A stretch of 64,000 bases of DNA from Candidatus Latescibacterota bacterium (GTDB lineage: Bacteria > Latescibacterota > UBA2968 > UBA8231): the NCBI GenBank assembly GCA_965248265.1, contig CBDFJF010000002.1, positions 2,368,001-2,432,000 on the forward strand, in the 5' to 3' direction. Shown here piece by piece: positions 28,908 through 39,460 of this stretch. The first letter of the stretch is position 1. The number at the start of each line of letters is the position of its first letter. The notes below the pieces were generated by a model. That model saw only the letters and a program-made list of their open reading frames with translations, made no database searches and had not been told where the DNA came from. The position numbers and the translations under genes are program-made.

Positions 28908-30135
28908 ATGTCCGAAGCCGAATACGCCGAATTCGACAAGTCAGAATACCAGGAGCGCTATCGACAGCTGCGCCTGGAGATGGAGGAGGAAGGGCTGGAT
29001 GCCATCCTGGTAACCAACGAGCTCAACAATCGCTACTTTGCCGGCTTTCTGGGCAAGGTCTTCGCCCTCGACCACTACTACTTTTTCACGCTCCTTCCCC
29101 GCGACGAATCCCTGGAGCCGACTTTTCTGTGTGCTAACGGGTTCTCCGTGGCCGCGACCAGCTGGATCGACGACAGGCGATGCTGGGACTGGCCTGAAAA
29201 TTTCTATGCGAGCAAAGAGTCTCCCGGGGTGGCCGCTGTGGCCAACTTGATTCGCGAGAAGGGACTTTCACAGGCGACCATCGGCGTGGAGTTGGCGAAC
29301 GACATGCACCCGCACATCGGAATAAGCCACGTGCAGGAGCTGTATCAGAGTGTTCCAGACGTCTCATTCGTCGACGGGTCGGACGCCATCATGAAGGTGA
29401 GAGCGATCAAGTCCGCTGGGGAGGTTGAGCGACTTCGCCGCGCCGCCCGGATCAGCGCCAAGGGGGTCAGGTTCGGGTTCGAATCGCTGCACTCTGGGAT
29501 GACGGAGATGAGGTTGACGCAGATAATGTCGGCTCACATGCTGGAAATGGGCGCTACCGACATCCGTCCTCGTCAACTATGCCGGGCCCCGGCGAATGTG
29601 GGCGGACGCCATGCCGTCGTACTACGAGATCCAGAAAGGAGACCTGGTCCAGTTCGACGGGGGATGCATCGTCGACGGCTACTGGTGCGACTTCAAGCGC
29701 ATGTGCAGCCTGGGGCCGCCGAACGAGAAAGACCAGGCCTACTACGACATTGCCCGGGAGGCAATCGAAGTCTCGACGGCGCTGCTCGGCGCGGGCACCC
29801 TACCGAGTGACGTGGTCAAAACGGCTTTCGAAATCAATCGAAAACATGGATGCGGAGACTTCGTCGACTGGTGCCACCGGGGTGGCTGGGAGGCGATCGG
29901 GCATGGGGTAGGGCTCGACGTCCACGAGCGACCGGGGTTGGCCATGCACAACCACGAGCCTCTTCAGGCCAACATGGTCGTGAGTATCGAGCCGTTCATC
30001 ACGCTGGATGGGGTGTATCCCTTCTGGGAAGCAAAGGGCAAGTTCGGGCTTGAGAACTCGGTCCTGATCACGGATGATGGTCACGAGATTCTCACCAGCG
30101 AGTCCATCATCTCCCACGACTTGATGGTGGTATAG
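28908..30135 (+). pseudogene. Xaa-Pro peptidase (M24) family gene split by a frameshift near 29566
   Basis: Creatinase-like N-domain in 28908..29810; FDGG..DFKR, GHGVGLDVHE, SIEP and GLEN in 29596..30135; may be a sequencing indel. Confidence 0.85.
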
Positions 30136-30159
30136 CAGGATGTAATCGCATGGTCCTGG

Positions 30160-31104
30160 TCAGCGCTCTCCTGTCAGGGCGCGGCGAGGGTTGTCCACCA
30201 TCATGCGGTGTAGTTGCTCGTCGCTGAGGCCCCGCTCTTTTAGCAGTGGCAACCATGTAGTAGAGATGCAGTCATAGCCGCCGCCGCCGTTAGCCGCGTA
30301 CATGAACTGCATGCAGACATCGTGGGAAAGCATCATGTGATCGATGTAGCCCTGTTCGATGACGTACAGGATGCGCTCGATCACCTTCTCCTGATACCGG
30401 GGCCGGAAGCTGCCGATGCCTTCGATCGAAAAGAAGGCACCTCGCTTGGCCAGGGCGACGGGGTACTGATGATTGGGCCCACTGGCGATGTGGCTGCAGA
30501 TGACGCGCCGAAGGTCGACGCCTTCGTGCTCGAGGATGTCGAGCTGATCGAGGGCGACGTCACCCTCTGATTGATGGGTTGTAAGGGAGAGCCCGGTCTT
30601 CATTTGCGCTCGCGCTGCTGCCCGGAACACACGCTCCTCGACGGCGGAGATGTAGTTGCTGTGGGAGCCGATCTCGCCGATGAAGCCGGCGCGCACGTCG
30701 GTGCCCTCGATGCCGACCTCGACCTCCTGGACGATCTCCTCGGCGATCTGGTCGGTTTTGGCGCGGTGCAGGTATTCTTCATAGTACGGTTCGCGGTACC
30801 AGCCGCACCCCAAGATGATCTGCAAGCCCGTGCGCTCGGCCATCTCGCGGATGGCGAGGGGGTGCTTGATGGGCAGGATCCGGTTTTTGTTGCCGCGCAG
30901 GCCGCCGGAGGTCTGATCGACGAGGGTAACGCCGCCGGCGCTCTTGTAGCGCATCAGTTCCTCGTAGGCCAGCTCGGTGTCGTTCAGCATCCGGTCACCG
31001 AGCCAGACGTCGTTGCGCAGGTCGAGGAAGATGTGCTCGTGGATGAGGGTGAAGCCCAGTTTGTCGGCCTCGATAGGACCGGTTACGGATATGACGGAAG
31101 ACAC
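30160..31104 (-). CDS. Phosphotriesterase-like (PHP/PTE) protein
   Basis: GFTLIHEHI, GEIG, TTH, LSHD, DNPRRAL. Confidence 0.92.
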   Translation of the reverse strand: MSSVISVTGPIEADKLGFTLIHEHIFLDLRNDVWLGDRMLNDTELAYEELMRYKSAGGVTLVDQTSGGLRGNKNRILPIKHPLAIREMAERTGLQIILGCGWYREPYYEEYLHRAKTDQIAEEIVQEVEVGIEGTDVRAGFIGEIGSHSNYISAVEERVFRAAARAQMKTGLSLTTHQSEGDVALDQLDILEHEGVDLRRVICSHIASGPNHQYPVALAKRGAFFSIEGIGSFRPRYQEKVIERILYVIEQGYIDHMMLSHDVCMQFMYAANGGGGYDCISTTWLPLLKERGLSDEQLHRMMVDNPRRALTGER

Positions 31105-31126
31105 GGACTTGCCTTCTGGTTGGGGG

Positions 31127-32041
31127 TTACTTCAACCACCGCGTGTACTGGTCGACGACGTCCATGCCGACCAAATCGCTGTATGCCCTCTGGAGCTTAT
31201 TCGTTATGACACCGGGCACGGTGCCGCCCTGAATGAGCGTGCCGTTGAGTTTCGATACGGGACAGACGCACAGGCTGGTCGACGTAATGAAGATCTCGTC
31301 AGCGGTGAGAGCGTCGAAGAGGTCGATGTCGGCCTCCCGGATGTCGATGTCGAGCCCCCGGGCAAGCTCCAGCGCCGTGGCGCGACTGATGCCGCCGAGG
31401 ACGTACTGCCCTTTCGGCGTCCGCACAGAGCCGTCCTTGACCACGAAGATGTTGCTGCCGTCACCCTCGCACAGATTACCGTTGATGTCCAGTAACACGG
31501 CGAAGGCATCCGGGTTGTTCGTCTTGACCTCGAGATCGGCCAACACCAGGTTGAGATAGTTGTGTGATTTCACCCGTGGACTGATCGACTCCGGCGGGGT
31601 ACGCCGCACTGACGGGGTGACGACTTCGATGCCATCGCGAAACATCCAGGCGCGGGACTCGAAGGGTATCGGCATGCACTCGATGAGGACGGTGGGCACT
31701 TCGCTGCCTCCGGGGAGGCCGAACACATGCGATCCCCGGGTGACCCGTTGGGTCACCCACAATTCCCCATCGTCACCGACCAGCGGCAGATTCTGTTCCA
31801 GCACCTGCATCGAAAGGTCTGACATCTCTATTGGAGACAGTCCGGGGTCGATTCGGAGGTACGCCAGCGAGTCGTACAGCCGGTCGAGGTGTTCCTGCAG
31901 CTTGAACGGTTTGTGGGAGAAGGTCCGGGTGGTGTCGAAGACGGCGTCCCCCAGCAGGAATCCGCGGTCCCGGATTGATATACCAGCCTGGCTCTCCGGC
32001 TTGATCTCGCCATTGAGATAGACGACTTGCTCTTGTGACAT
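31127..32041 (-). CDS. Class IV aminotransferase (branched-chain/D-amino acid type)
   Basis: DRGFLLGDAVFD, HLDRL, KSHNYL, EGDGSN, LGGISR; RBS GGAG before 32041. Confidence 0.92.
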   Translation of the reverse strand: MSQEQVVYLNGEIKPESQAGISIRDRGFLLGDAVFDTTRTFSHKPFKLQEHLDRLYDSLAYLRIDPGLSPIEMSDLSMQVLEQNLPLVGDDGELWVTQRVTRGSHVFGLPGGSEVPTVLIECMPIPFESRAWMFRDGIEVVTPSVRRTPPESISPRVKSHNYLNLVLADLEVKTNNPDAFAVLLDINGNLCEGDGSNIFVVKDGSVRTPKGQYVLGGISRATALELARGLDIDIREADIDLFDALTADEIFITSTSLCVCPVSKLNGTLIQGGTVPGVITNKLQRAYSDLVGMDVVDQYTRWLK

Positions 32042-32075
32042 TGCTGTCTCCAGACTAGTAGAAAGCGGAAGAGCC

Positions 32076-32576
32076 GTGAAGAATATCCTCCAGGCTGATG
32101 ACCTGGACCAGTCGATGAGCAAACTCCCTGACACGGAATGGCACGTGGCCTGTTCCAGCAGCGGCGTGCTGACGCCACAGAATGAGCACGGCGACTCGCT
32201 GCATACCTTTCCCATCGTCGGCTTCATGCAGCACGAGCCAGGCGGCGGCTGTATCGCTCACTCCCATCCGGGTCCCCAATGTTTCTATGTGACCGAAGGC
32301 GAGGCGCTCTTCCAGGTCGGTGACGAAGAGTCCGTCGTTGGCGCGGGGGCGCTGATTCTGGTGCCGCCGGATGTACCGCATCAGTACAAAACGGTTGGCC
32401 AGGGCCGCTTCACCTGCATGATCATCGAGACGTCGCTAGAAGGATTGACTCAGCACACGAACTATCCCGGCATTTCTTATCCGGAGATTCTCGAGAAGAC
32501 GGTGGGCAAAGGCAAGGTGGACAAGGACAAGATCAAGCGGGAACTGGGCTGGGATGTGACCGTGATCGAGGAGTAA
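32076..32576 (+). CDS. Cupin domain protein
   Basis: HSHP..FYVTEG, VPPDVPH. Confidence 0.8.
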   Translation: MKNILQADDLDQSMSKLPDTEWHVACSSSGVLTPQNEHGDSLHTFPIVGFMQHEPGGGCIAHSHPGPQCFYVTEGEALFQVGDEESVVGAGALILVPPDVPHQYKTVGQGRFTCMIIETSLEGLTQHTNYPGISYPEILEKTVGKGKVDKDKIKRELGWDVTVIEE

Positions 32577-32583
32577 ACCGTCA

Positions 32584-33492
32584 TCAGGTTGATTCAAGCA
32601 CGCTCTCAGGCGAAAGGGTTTCATACACCAGGCGGCTCATGTCGCCGATGGCATCCATGCCCTGTTGCGATTCCTCGCGGGTGTCGGTGGTGGCGAGGGA
32701 GCCGATGACAACGGGACCGGAGGGCAGGTAGACGACGCCGGTGTCGGCCTTGATGCGTCCGCTGCCACCCGTCTTGCGCGCGGCCTCGATCTCCGGTTTG
32801 AGAAACTGGCGGATGCGATTAGGGTTTTTCACCACCTTCATCATCTCCAGCATCTGTGCCGACACATCAGCGCTGATCATCTCTCCCAGGTGGATCATCT
32901 CCATGATCCGGCCCAGGTCGCGGGCTGAGGCCACGTTGTTGTCGAGGGAGCTGGCAAAGGGCAGGTCCCTGTCGCCATCACCGGTCAACTTGCCGGACCG
33001 CTTCAGTTCATCGTTCTCGCGCGACGGTGCTTCCGTAATCCCCTCCATCAGGTAGTGCCAGACGCCGATCGGCATCGGCATGCGGGTGTTGTGGAAGCCC
33101 ATCCTTTCCATCGTGGCGCCGATGGAATCAGGGGTCACCAGTCCGACCAGGGTGTCCGTGGCCATGTTGTCGCTGACGGCCATCATCAGCCGGCAGTAGT
33201 CGCGTACGGTCAGTTCCGGATCGTCCTGCAACATGCGCAGCACCCCCGTTCCGTGGGATGAGACGTTCCTCGGGAGTCGGTACCTATCGTCGAAGGAGAG
33301 CTCTCCGCTGTCGGCCTGGCGAAACAACTCGATCAGGGCGGCCACCTTGATGACGCTGGCGGTAGGCAGGGGCTCATCGGCATTGTATTCGTAGCCGAGG
33401 CCGGTGTTGAGGTCTTTGACGTAGAATCCGATACGCCCGGGGACCGTTTGGGCGATGGCATCCATTTTGGCTGCGGGAAACGTGGGCATCAT
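32584..33492 (-). CDS. Serine hydrolase, class A beta-lactamase-like fold
   Basis: SVIK, SDN and KTG motifs; no signal peptide. Confidence 0.88.
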   Translation of the reverse strand: MMPTFPAAKMDAIAQTVPGRIGFYVKDLNTGLGYEYNADEPLPTASVIKVAALIELFRQADSGELSFDDRYRLPRNVSSHGTGVLRMLQDDPELTVRDYCRLMMAVSDNMATDTLVGLVTPDSIGATMERMGFHNTRMPMPIGVWHYLMEGITEAPSRENDELKRSGKLTGDGDRDLPFASSLDNNVASARDLGRIMEMIHLGEMISADVSAQMLEMMKVVKNPNRIRQFLKPEIEAARKTGGSGRIKADTGVVYLPSGPVVIGSLATTDTREESQQGMDAIGDMSRLVYETLSPESVLEST

Positions 33493-33606
33493 GATCTCCA
33501 GTCGGTGAGGCAACTCTGCTGGTGCGCCGGCGAAAATAACGCAGAGCGGTCCTGCATACCACGCACCGTGCAATCACTCAGATGTGCACATCGAGAGACG
33601 AGAGCG

Positions 33607-35490
33607 TCAGGCCGGGTTACCAGCATCTGAAACCAGGCGGGCGAAGCCGGCGCGGCTCAGCGAGCCGTCGGTTGGGACGGTACGAGTTTCGGGAAACGGA
33701 TGTTGTAACCAGGTTGACCGATCAGTCACTGATATGGGCTCATCGGGGTGAAACTGCAGACTGTTATCGCGTCCGCCATAGCCGCGCTCGACGACCAGGC
33801 GCTGGACGGCGACAAAGTCGGGATGCCCAACTGGCACATCGGTCAACCAGCAAAGCGGCATGCCGCTGTCGATGAGGACTGTCTGGAACTCGCGCAACAG
33901 CGCTCCATCCGCGTGGATGGCGGCCGGTTTACGCTCCTGCTTCAGGGCAAAAGCGGCCAGCATACCCGCCGCCTCGCCGATATTCCACTCCACCGGATGC
34001 AGCCGGTAGCAGCCGTTGGTGATGTGGGTGGTACCGATGTTCTTGTTGGCGGCAATCAGGTTTTCTACCCGCTCCGGGATCAGGGCACCAAGAGGGATCT
34101 GAAATGGCCGGGTTCGGGTGCTGGTGCCGACTTCGTCCTGGCTGATCTGGTGGATGTCGATGGGGTACCAGCCAATTCCCACGGCATCATCAAAGTGAGC
34201 AGCACGCGGTCCTGGTTGGGAGGCAACGGCGACTTCCTGCTCGAGGATGGTTTTTCGAGCTGCGATTCGCCGGCATTCACGGATGTAGGGGTATTTACTG
34301 AGTCCGTCGGCACTGCCCATGACGTCAGGTCGCAAGCGCAGTTGCGGAAAGCCCGGTGTTCCGTGGGCATTGGGTGCCTGGGTCTGCAGCCAGTAGGCAA
34401 ATCCAAGGCTTACCCGCTTGGCATTCTGCAATGCCTGCGCCAGGGCTTGGGGTGGTTGGTCAACGAGCGGCAGGTCCCGGTAGTCGTTTCCGGGCCAGTT
34501 GAACATGGTGATGTCGTGCTGGTGGTCGCCGGGAAACTGCGCCGCCTCCACCAGCCGGCGGTAACGCCATAACGGACCTTTGGTGCCGGGTGTGTCGTCG
34601 AAGAGGTCATAATCCAGCCACCCGGTGGTGTCGCCGTAGATTTCGCCACCGTGCACGTGGATGCGCAAGCTGTAGGGTTGACGGTCGCGATAATCCTCGT
34701 AAAGCGTCGGTTTGGCAATGCGATGGTCCTCACCTTTCGGTCTGCGCTCGAGCGCAAAGGGGTAGGTGCAGCTTTGCACGCAGTGTGGCCGTGGGCCATC
34801 AGGCTGCGCGTGGGGTTCTGAGGTTTGCGAAGCCGACTCGGCGCCGACGATGTCCTCCGTTCCGGTCAGTGGCAGGAGATCCCCGAGTTCGGTCGCGTCC
34901 AGGACATAGTGGAACTCGAAGTGAGTGTGGTCGCCATCATCGAGGTTGATCGCGCGGATGCCGGTGACGCGGTCGCCATCCGTAGCAGCGGCGACGGCCA
35001 TGGTGCGCAGGAAAATCCGCAATTTTCCAGCGGCCAGGTACTGCGACAGCATGCTCTGGATGGCGCTGACCGCGACCGATGGTTCGAAGGCCAGACGGCT
35101 TACCCAGCAGGTTCCCGGGTTCAGATGATGATCGGCCTGCTGTGGTGGGAGGAGCGCGCGATAGTGGTCGCGAATAGCCTCACACAACTGGTAATACGAG
35201 CGCGTGCCGCCGAACTGCTCGATGTGCTCGTGTTCGTCGAGGGCGGCGATCCCCTGACTGGTCATCTGGCCTCCGAGCCAGTCGGTCTCCTCGAGCAGAC
35301 AAACATCGTGGCCGCGACGCACCAGCGCCCAGGCGGCAGCGACGCCCCCCATGCCGCCGCCGACGATGAGGACGTCGCATGACAGCTTCCGGGACTTGGC
35401 TCGGTGATCGATTGCGATCACGGCCGAGAGGGGATCTCCCTCCACGGGCACCCGCATCACGTCCACTATTGTATGAACTCGCCGGTCCAT
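33607..35490 (-). CDS. FAD-dependent oxidoreductase
   Basis: DVLIVGGGMGG, DATELGDL, YIRECRR, RLHPVEWNIGEAAG. Confidence 0.9.
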   Translation of the reverse strand: MDRRVHTIVDVMRVPVEGDPLSAVIAIDHRAKSRKLSCDVLIVGGGMGGVAAAWALVRRGHDVCLLEETDWLGGQMTSQGIAALDEHEHIEQFGGTRSYYQLCEAIRDHYRALLPPQQADHHLNPGTCWVSRLAFEPSVAVSAIQSMLSQYLAAGKLRIFLRTMAVAAATDGDRVTGIRAINLDDGDHTHFEFHYVLDATELGDLLPLTGTEDIVGAESASQTSEPHAQPDGPRPHCVQSCTYPFALERRPKGEDHRIAKPTLYEDYRDRQPYSLRIHVHGGEIYGDTTGWLDYDLFDDTPGTKGPLWRYRRLVEAAQFPGDHQHDITMFNWPGNDYRDLPLVDQPPQALAQALQNAKRVSLGFAYWLQTQAPNAHGTPGFPQLRLRPDVMGSADGLSKYPYIRECRRIAARKTILEQEVAVASQPGPRAAHFDDAVGIGWYPIDIHQISQDEVGTSTRTRPFQIPLGALIPERVENLIAANKNIGTTHITNGCYRLHPVEWNIGEAAGMLAAFALKQERKPAAIHADGALLREFQTVLIDSGMPLCWLTDVPVGHPDFVAVQRLVVERGYGGRDNSLQFHPDEPISVTDRSTWLQHPFPETRTVPTDGSLSRAGFARLVSDAGNPA

Positions 35491-35612
35491 TACCGCTGTT
35501 TCTCTATCATGACTTGCCCCAACGTCTTGTGCCCGCTTAATCTATGCCTCGCAGCAGGACAATTGTACTTAAAACCGCATCCTTCCCCCAGGCACATCTG
35601 GAGATCGTGTTC

Positions 35613-36614
35613 ATGTCAAAGGTCCTCGTCACCGGTGCGTCAGGTTTCGAAGGCCACTATGTCGTGCACGATCTGCTCGATCACGGCTACGAGGTGAGGG
35701 CGATGGTCAGGTCGCCGCAGCGTGCCGCCGAACTGGACGGTCTGGATGTAGAAATCGTGTGTGCGGATCTGGCCGATCACGACTCGCTGAGGAAGGCTGT
35801 CCGGGGGGTCGATCACGTCGCCCATCCCGCCTACTCGGTGCAGGGGCGCGATGCGGGCGATCCGCTGCAGGAGTTCATGATCAATGAAGGCGGCAGCCTG
35901 GTGTTGCTCGAGGAGGCGCGTCAACAGGGAGTCGAGAAGTTCGTGTTCACGAGTTCGGGGGCTTCGGTCGGCTATCGGTCTCCGACCAAGTGGTTTCCGA
36001 CCTACCCGATCACGGAAACCAGTCCCTGCTTTCCAACGGACATCTATGGCGCCGGCAAGGCGGGGGTTGAGAAGTGGTGCCTGGCCTATTACCACGAATA
36101 CGGCGTACAGACGGTGACCCTGCGAACGATGTGGGTGTACGGAAGCTATCGTATTGACACCCCCGAACTCATTGCACTGGGATCCGCTACTAAATGTCCA
36201 GACGGCATGGAGCGGATCGACTTCATCCGGGGCCACGATTTCCTCGGGACGTTTTATCGCTACACGGAAAAGGCCTTGGCTGGTGAAGCGATAACCGTTC
36301 CAGGCGGTGCCTTTCAGATGACGCACGTGCGCGACCTGGCCACGGCGAACAGACTCGCCATCGAAAGCAGCGAGGGCGGAGAGGTTTACAGTGCCAATGA
36401 TGACCTGATGACATGGAAGGCATTCATCGAACGCGTGCTGGAGCTGACCGGTTCCAGCAGCGCCCTATCATTTGAGCCGACGCCGGAGAACGAAGTCTTC
36501 ATCAGCAACGCGAGAATCAAGGAAAAACTCGGCATCCAATTTGCCGGCATGGCCGGTCTGGATGCCTGCATCGATGGATGTATCAGGGAATTGAATCGGG
36601 AGACAGAGAAATGA
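35613..36614 (+). CDS. NAD-dependent epimerase/dehydratase (extended SDR)
   Basis: TGASGFEG, FTSS, YGAGK, HVRD. Confidence 0.9.
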   Translation: MSKVLVTGASGFEGHYVVHDLLDHGYEVRAMVRSPQRAAELDGLDVEIVCADLADHDSLRKAVRGVDHVAHPAYSVQGRDAGDPLQEFMINEGGSLVLLEEARQQGVEKFVFTSSGASVGYRSPTKWFPTYPITETSPCFPTDIYGAGKAGVEKWCLAYYHEYGVQTVTLRTMWVYGSYRIDTPELIALGSATKCPDGMERIDFIRGHDFLGTFYRYTEKALAGEAITVPGGAFQMTHVRDLATANRLAIESSEGGEVYSANDDLMTWKAFIERVLELTGSSSALSFEPTPENEVFISNARIKEKLGIQFAGMAGLDACIDGCIRELNRETEK

Positions 36615-37597
36615 TCAGGGAGTTCACCTATATCGATCACGACAGAGATATCTGGGAGAAGGAGCTGGAGGAGTTTGTTCCTTCCGTCATCTACGACATG
36701 CACGTGCACATGTGGTCGGATGAGCATCGAGGGACTGCTCCGGAGCATTCGTTGATGCTGCCGATCACGTATCAGGACCACGTGGACTGGGCGGCGAAAC
36801 TGTACCCGGGCCGGGAGGTTCACTTTCTGGTCCTGGCCACTCCGATCGTCGGTATGGATGCCGAAGGGCACAACGACTACATGGCGACACAAATGGCGGC
36901 AGATCCGGATTCGGTCGTCAACATGATGGTGACGCCGGATATGACGGCCGAATACATCGCCGAACAGGTCAAGAAACACGATTTCTTCGGACTCAAGTGT
37001 TATCGGACCTTTGCGCCGGACAAGGATGACGCCCGCATACAGGATTTCTTACCGGAGCATCAGATCGAGCTGGCCCATGACATGGGATTGGCGATCACGA
37101 TGCATCTGTCCAAGCGCACCGGAGCGGCGGACTCGGACAATCAAAAGGATCTGGAGCGCTACACCAGGGAGTACCCGAGGGCCCAGTGGATTCTGGCTCA
37201 TTGCGCACGGGCCTTCAACGCCTTCATGATGCAGGATGCGATCGAATTCCTGACCGGGCTGCCGAATATCTGGTACGATACGTCGGCGGTGAATGACATG
37301 TACAGCCACTTCCTGCTGATGAAGCACGAAGACCGCTCACGGGTCATGTTCGGGACCGACAACGTGGTGGCTGGTTGCACGCGCGGCAAGTACGTCACCT
37401 GGGGCAGGGCATGGGAGTATTTTCCCGGCAATCCGACCGTCACTCACTGCGACCCGACGCCAACTCTGGTATGCTACGAGCAGCTGCGCCAGGAGTGCCA
37501 GGTGGCCGACATGCTGGGGTTGACCAAGCAGGAGATCGAGGATCACTTCTCCGGCAACGCCAAACGCTTCATCGCGCAAATGCGGACGGGGAAATAG
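36611..37597 (+). CDS. Amidohydrolase_2 family protein
   Basis: DMHVH, LAH, YDTS, MFGTD; ATGA overlap with the upstream gene. Confidence 0.88.
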   Translation: MIREFTYIDHDRDIWEKELEEFVPSVIYDMHVHMWSDEHRGTAPEHSLMLPITYQDHVDWAAKLYPGREVHFLVLATPIVGMDAEGHNDYMATQMAADPDSVVNMMVTPDMTAEYIAEQVKKHDFFGLKCYRTFAPDKDDARIQDFLPEHQIELAHDMGLAITMHLSKRTGAADSDNQKDLERYTREYPRAQWILAHCARAFNAFMMQDAIEFLTGLPNIWYDTSAVNDMYSHFLLMKHEDRSRVMFGTDNVVAGCTRGKYVTWGRAWEYFPGNPTVTHCDPTPTLVCYEQLRQECQVADMLGLTKQEIEDHFSGNAKRFIAQMRTGK

Positions 37598-37604
37598 TCC
37601 ACTC

Positions 37605-37952
37605 ATGAATCCGGTCCATGATATCAGCCCGATTCTGAATGTATCCGACATGAAGCAGAGTCTGCACTTCTACGTCGACCTTCTCGGTTTTACTAACGCG
37701 GACTGGGGCGACGACGGGTTTACCGCCGTTTCACGGGAGGGACGGACCATCCTGCTGTGCCGGAACGGTCAAGGCCATCCCGGCACCTGGATCTACATCT
37801 CCGTTGACGACGCCAGAGAGGTATACGAGGACCTGTCGTCAAAGGGAGTAACCATTCAGATGGAACCGACTGCTCAGCCGTGGGGGCTCGAAGTCAACGT
37901 CGAAGATCCGGATGGCCATGTGTTGCGCTTCGGGTCTGAACCAGAAGAGTAG
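37605..37952 (+). CDS. VOC/glyoxalase/bleomycin-resistance family protein
   Basis: FYVDLLGF, QPWG, EDPDGHVLRF. Confidence 0.88.
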   Translation: MNPVHDISPILNVSDMKQSLHFYVDLLGFTNADWGDDGFTAVSREGRTILLCRNGQGHPGTWIYISVDDAREVYEDLSSKGVTIQMEPTAQPWGLEVNVEDPDGHVLRFGSEPEE

Positions 37953-37963
37953 GTCCAGACTCG

Positions 37964-39205
37964 ATGGACAAAGCAAAGAGCAGCTATCTGAGAAAGATCG
38001 GTCCGGGCATTCTGGTGGCCGCTACCGGTGTGGGAGCCGGCGATCTGGCGACGGCTGCTTTTACCGGAACCAAGCTCGGTGTGGCTATCCTGTGGGCGGT
38101 GGTGCTGGGTGCCTTTATCAAGTTTGTGCTGAATGAAGGGTTGACGCGATGGCAACTGGCAACCGGCAGCACACTGCTTGAAGGAGCTATGGGGCTGGGT
38201 CGTGTTGCCCAGTACGGTTTTCTCCTATACCTGCTGGCCTGGACCTTCATGGTGGCAGCCGCGCTGATGAGTGCCTGCGGCGTCGCCGCGCAAGCCATCT
38301 TCCCTCTGATTCAGGATCCGGCCACCGGTAAGATCGTTTACGGCATTGTCCTCAGCGTGGTGGGCGTGATCCTGGTACGCCTTGGTGGTTTCCGCCTGTT
38401 CGAAAAAGTGATGAGCGTCTGCATCGGTCTGATGTTCATCACCGTGGTCGTGACAGCCATTCTGTTGAAACCAGCTTTGGGCGAACTGATACGGGGACTG
38501 GTGTGGCCGACCATTCCCGACCTCGACGGTGCCGGTCTATCCTGGACCATCGCTTTGATGGGTGGGGTGGGAGGCACGGTGACCATTCTGTGTTACGGCT
38601 ACTGGATCCGTGAAGAGGGTCGCTTCGGCCACGAGCACTTGAGGGTGTGTCGCATTGACCTGGGCATCGCCTATGCCATGACGGCTCTGTTCGGTGTGGC
38701 CATGGTCGTCATCGGCAGCACGGTGCAGGTGGAGGGCGGTGGTGCCAAGCTGGTTATCACCCTGGCAGACAAACTGGGTGAGGAATTGGGACTGATCGGC
38801 AAGTGGGCTTTTTTATTGGGGGCTTTCGGGGCGATTTTCAGCAGCTTGCTGGGGGTGTGGCAAAGCGTTCCGTACCTGTTCACCGACCTATGGGGGATGA
38901 TCAGGCAGGGTGAGACGGCCGAGGTCTCGTCCGTCAGCACGGAGTCGGTCTCCTACCGATGGTATCTCTACGGAATGGCGGTCGTTCCCATGATAGGGCT
39001 GTGGGTCGGGTTCGCCGCCATGCAGAAAACGTATGCCATCGTCGGAGCCCTGTTCATGCCCATGTTGGCGGTCGTGTTGCTGCTGTTGAACGGCCGTGTG
39101 ACGCTGATCGGCGAGCGCTATCGCAATCATCCCATCACGTCCGTAATCCTGATCGCTGTCCTGATTTTCTTCGTGATGGCGGGCTGGTCAAAGGTATCTG
39201 GCTGA
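37964..39205 (+). CDS. Nramp-like divalent metal transporter family protein
   Basis: GPGILVAATGVGAGD, about 11 hydrophobic segments. Confidence 0.85.
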   Translation: MDKAKSSYLRKIGPGILVAATGVGAGDLATAAFTGTKLGVAILWAVVLGAFIKFVLNEGLTRWQLATGSTLLEGAMGLGRVAQYGFLLYLLAWTFMVAAALMSACGVAAQAIFPLIQDPATGKIVYGIVLSVVGVILVRLGGFRLFEKVMSVCIGLMFITVVVTAILLKPALGELIRGLVWPTIPDLDGAGLSWTIALMGGVGGTVTILCYGYWIREEGRFGHEHLRVCRIDLGIAYAMTALFGVAMVVIGSTVQVEGGGAKLVITLADKLGEELGLIGKWAFLLGAFGAIFSSLLGVWQSVPYLFTDLWGMIRQGETAEVSSVSTESVSYRWYLYGMAVVPMIGLWVGFAAMQKTYAIVGALFMPMLAVVLLLLNGRVTLIGERYRNHPITSVILIAVLIFFVMAGWSKVSG

Positions 39206-39460
39206 GCCCGGACCTAGCCGCTGCCAGCGGTGGTCGATTGATGTAGCGGCACAGTCCTTCCAGGCGCAGGAGGCGTCAAGCACGGATTGGCCGGCGCGCT
39301 CGCCGGTGGCCACCTGGGAGACATTCTCGGGTCAAAATTGTCATGCCGCCGGCGGACCTAAATCCTTTCCGGCAAGCGCCAGATCCGTATACTCCCAAGC
39401 GGTGGTCATGAGCCAGCGAAGTCACGGAAGTCACGTCGGAGATGAATTCGGAGGTGATAT

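Noticed and set aside
32584-33492. Beta-lactam resistance gene
   Set aside because: SxxK/SDN/KTG are present, but there is no signal peptide and the fold includes many non-resistance hydrolases.
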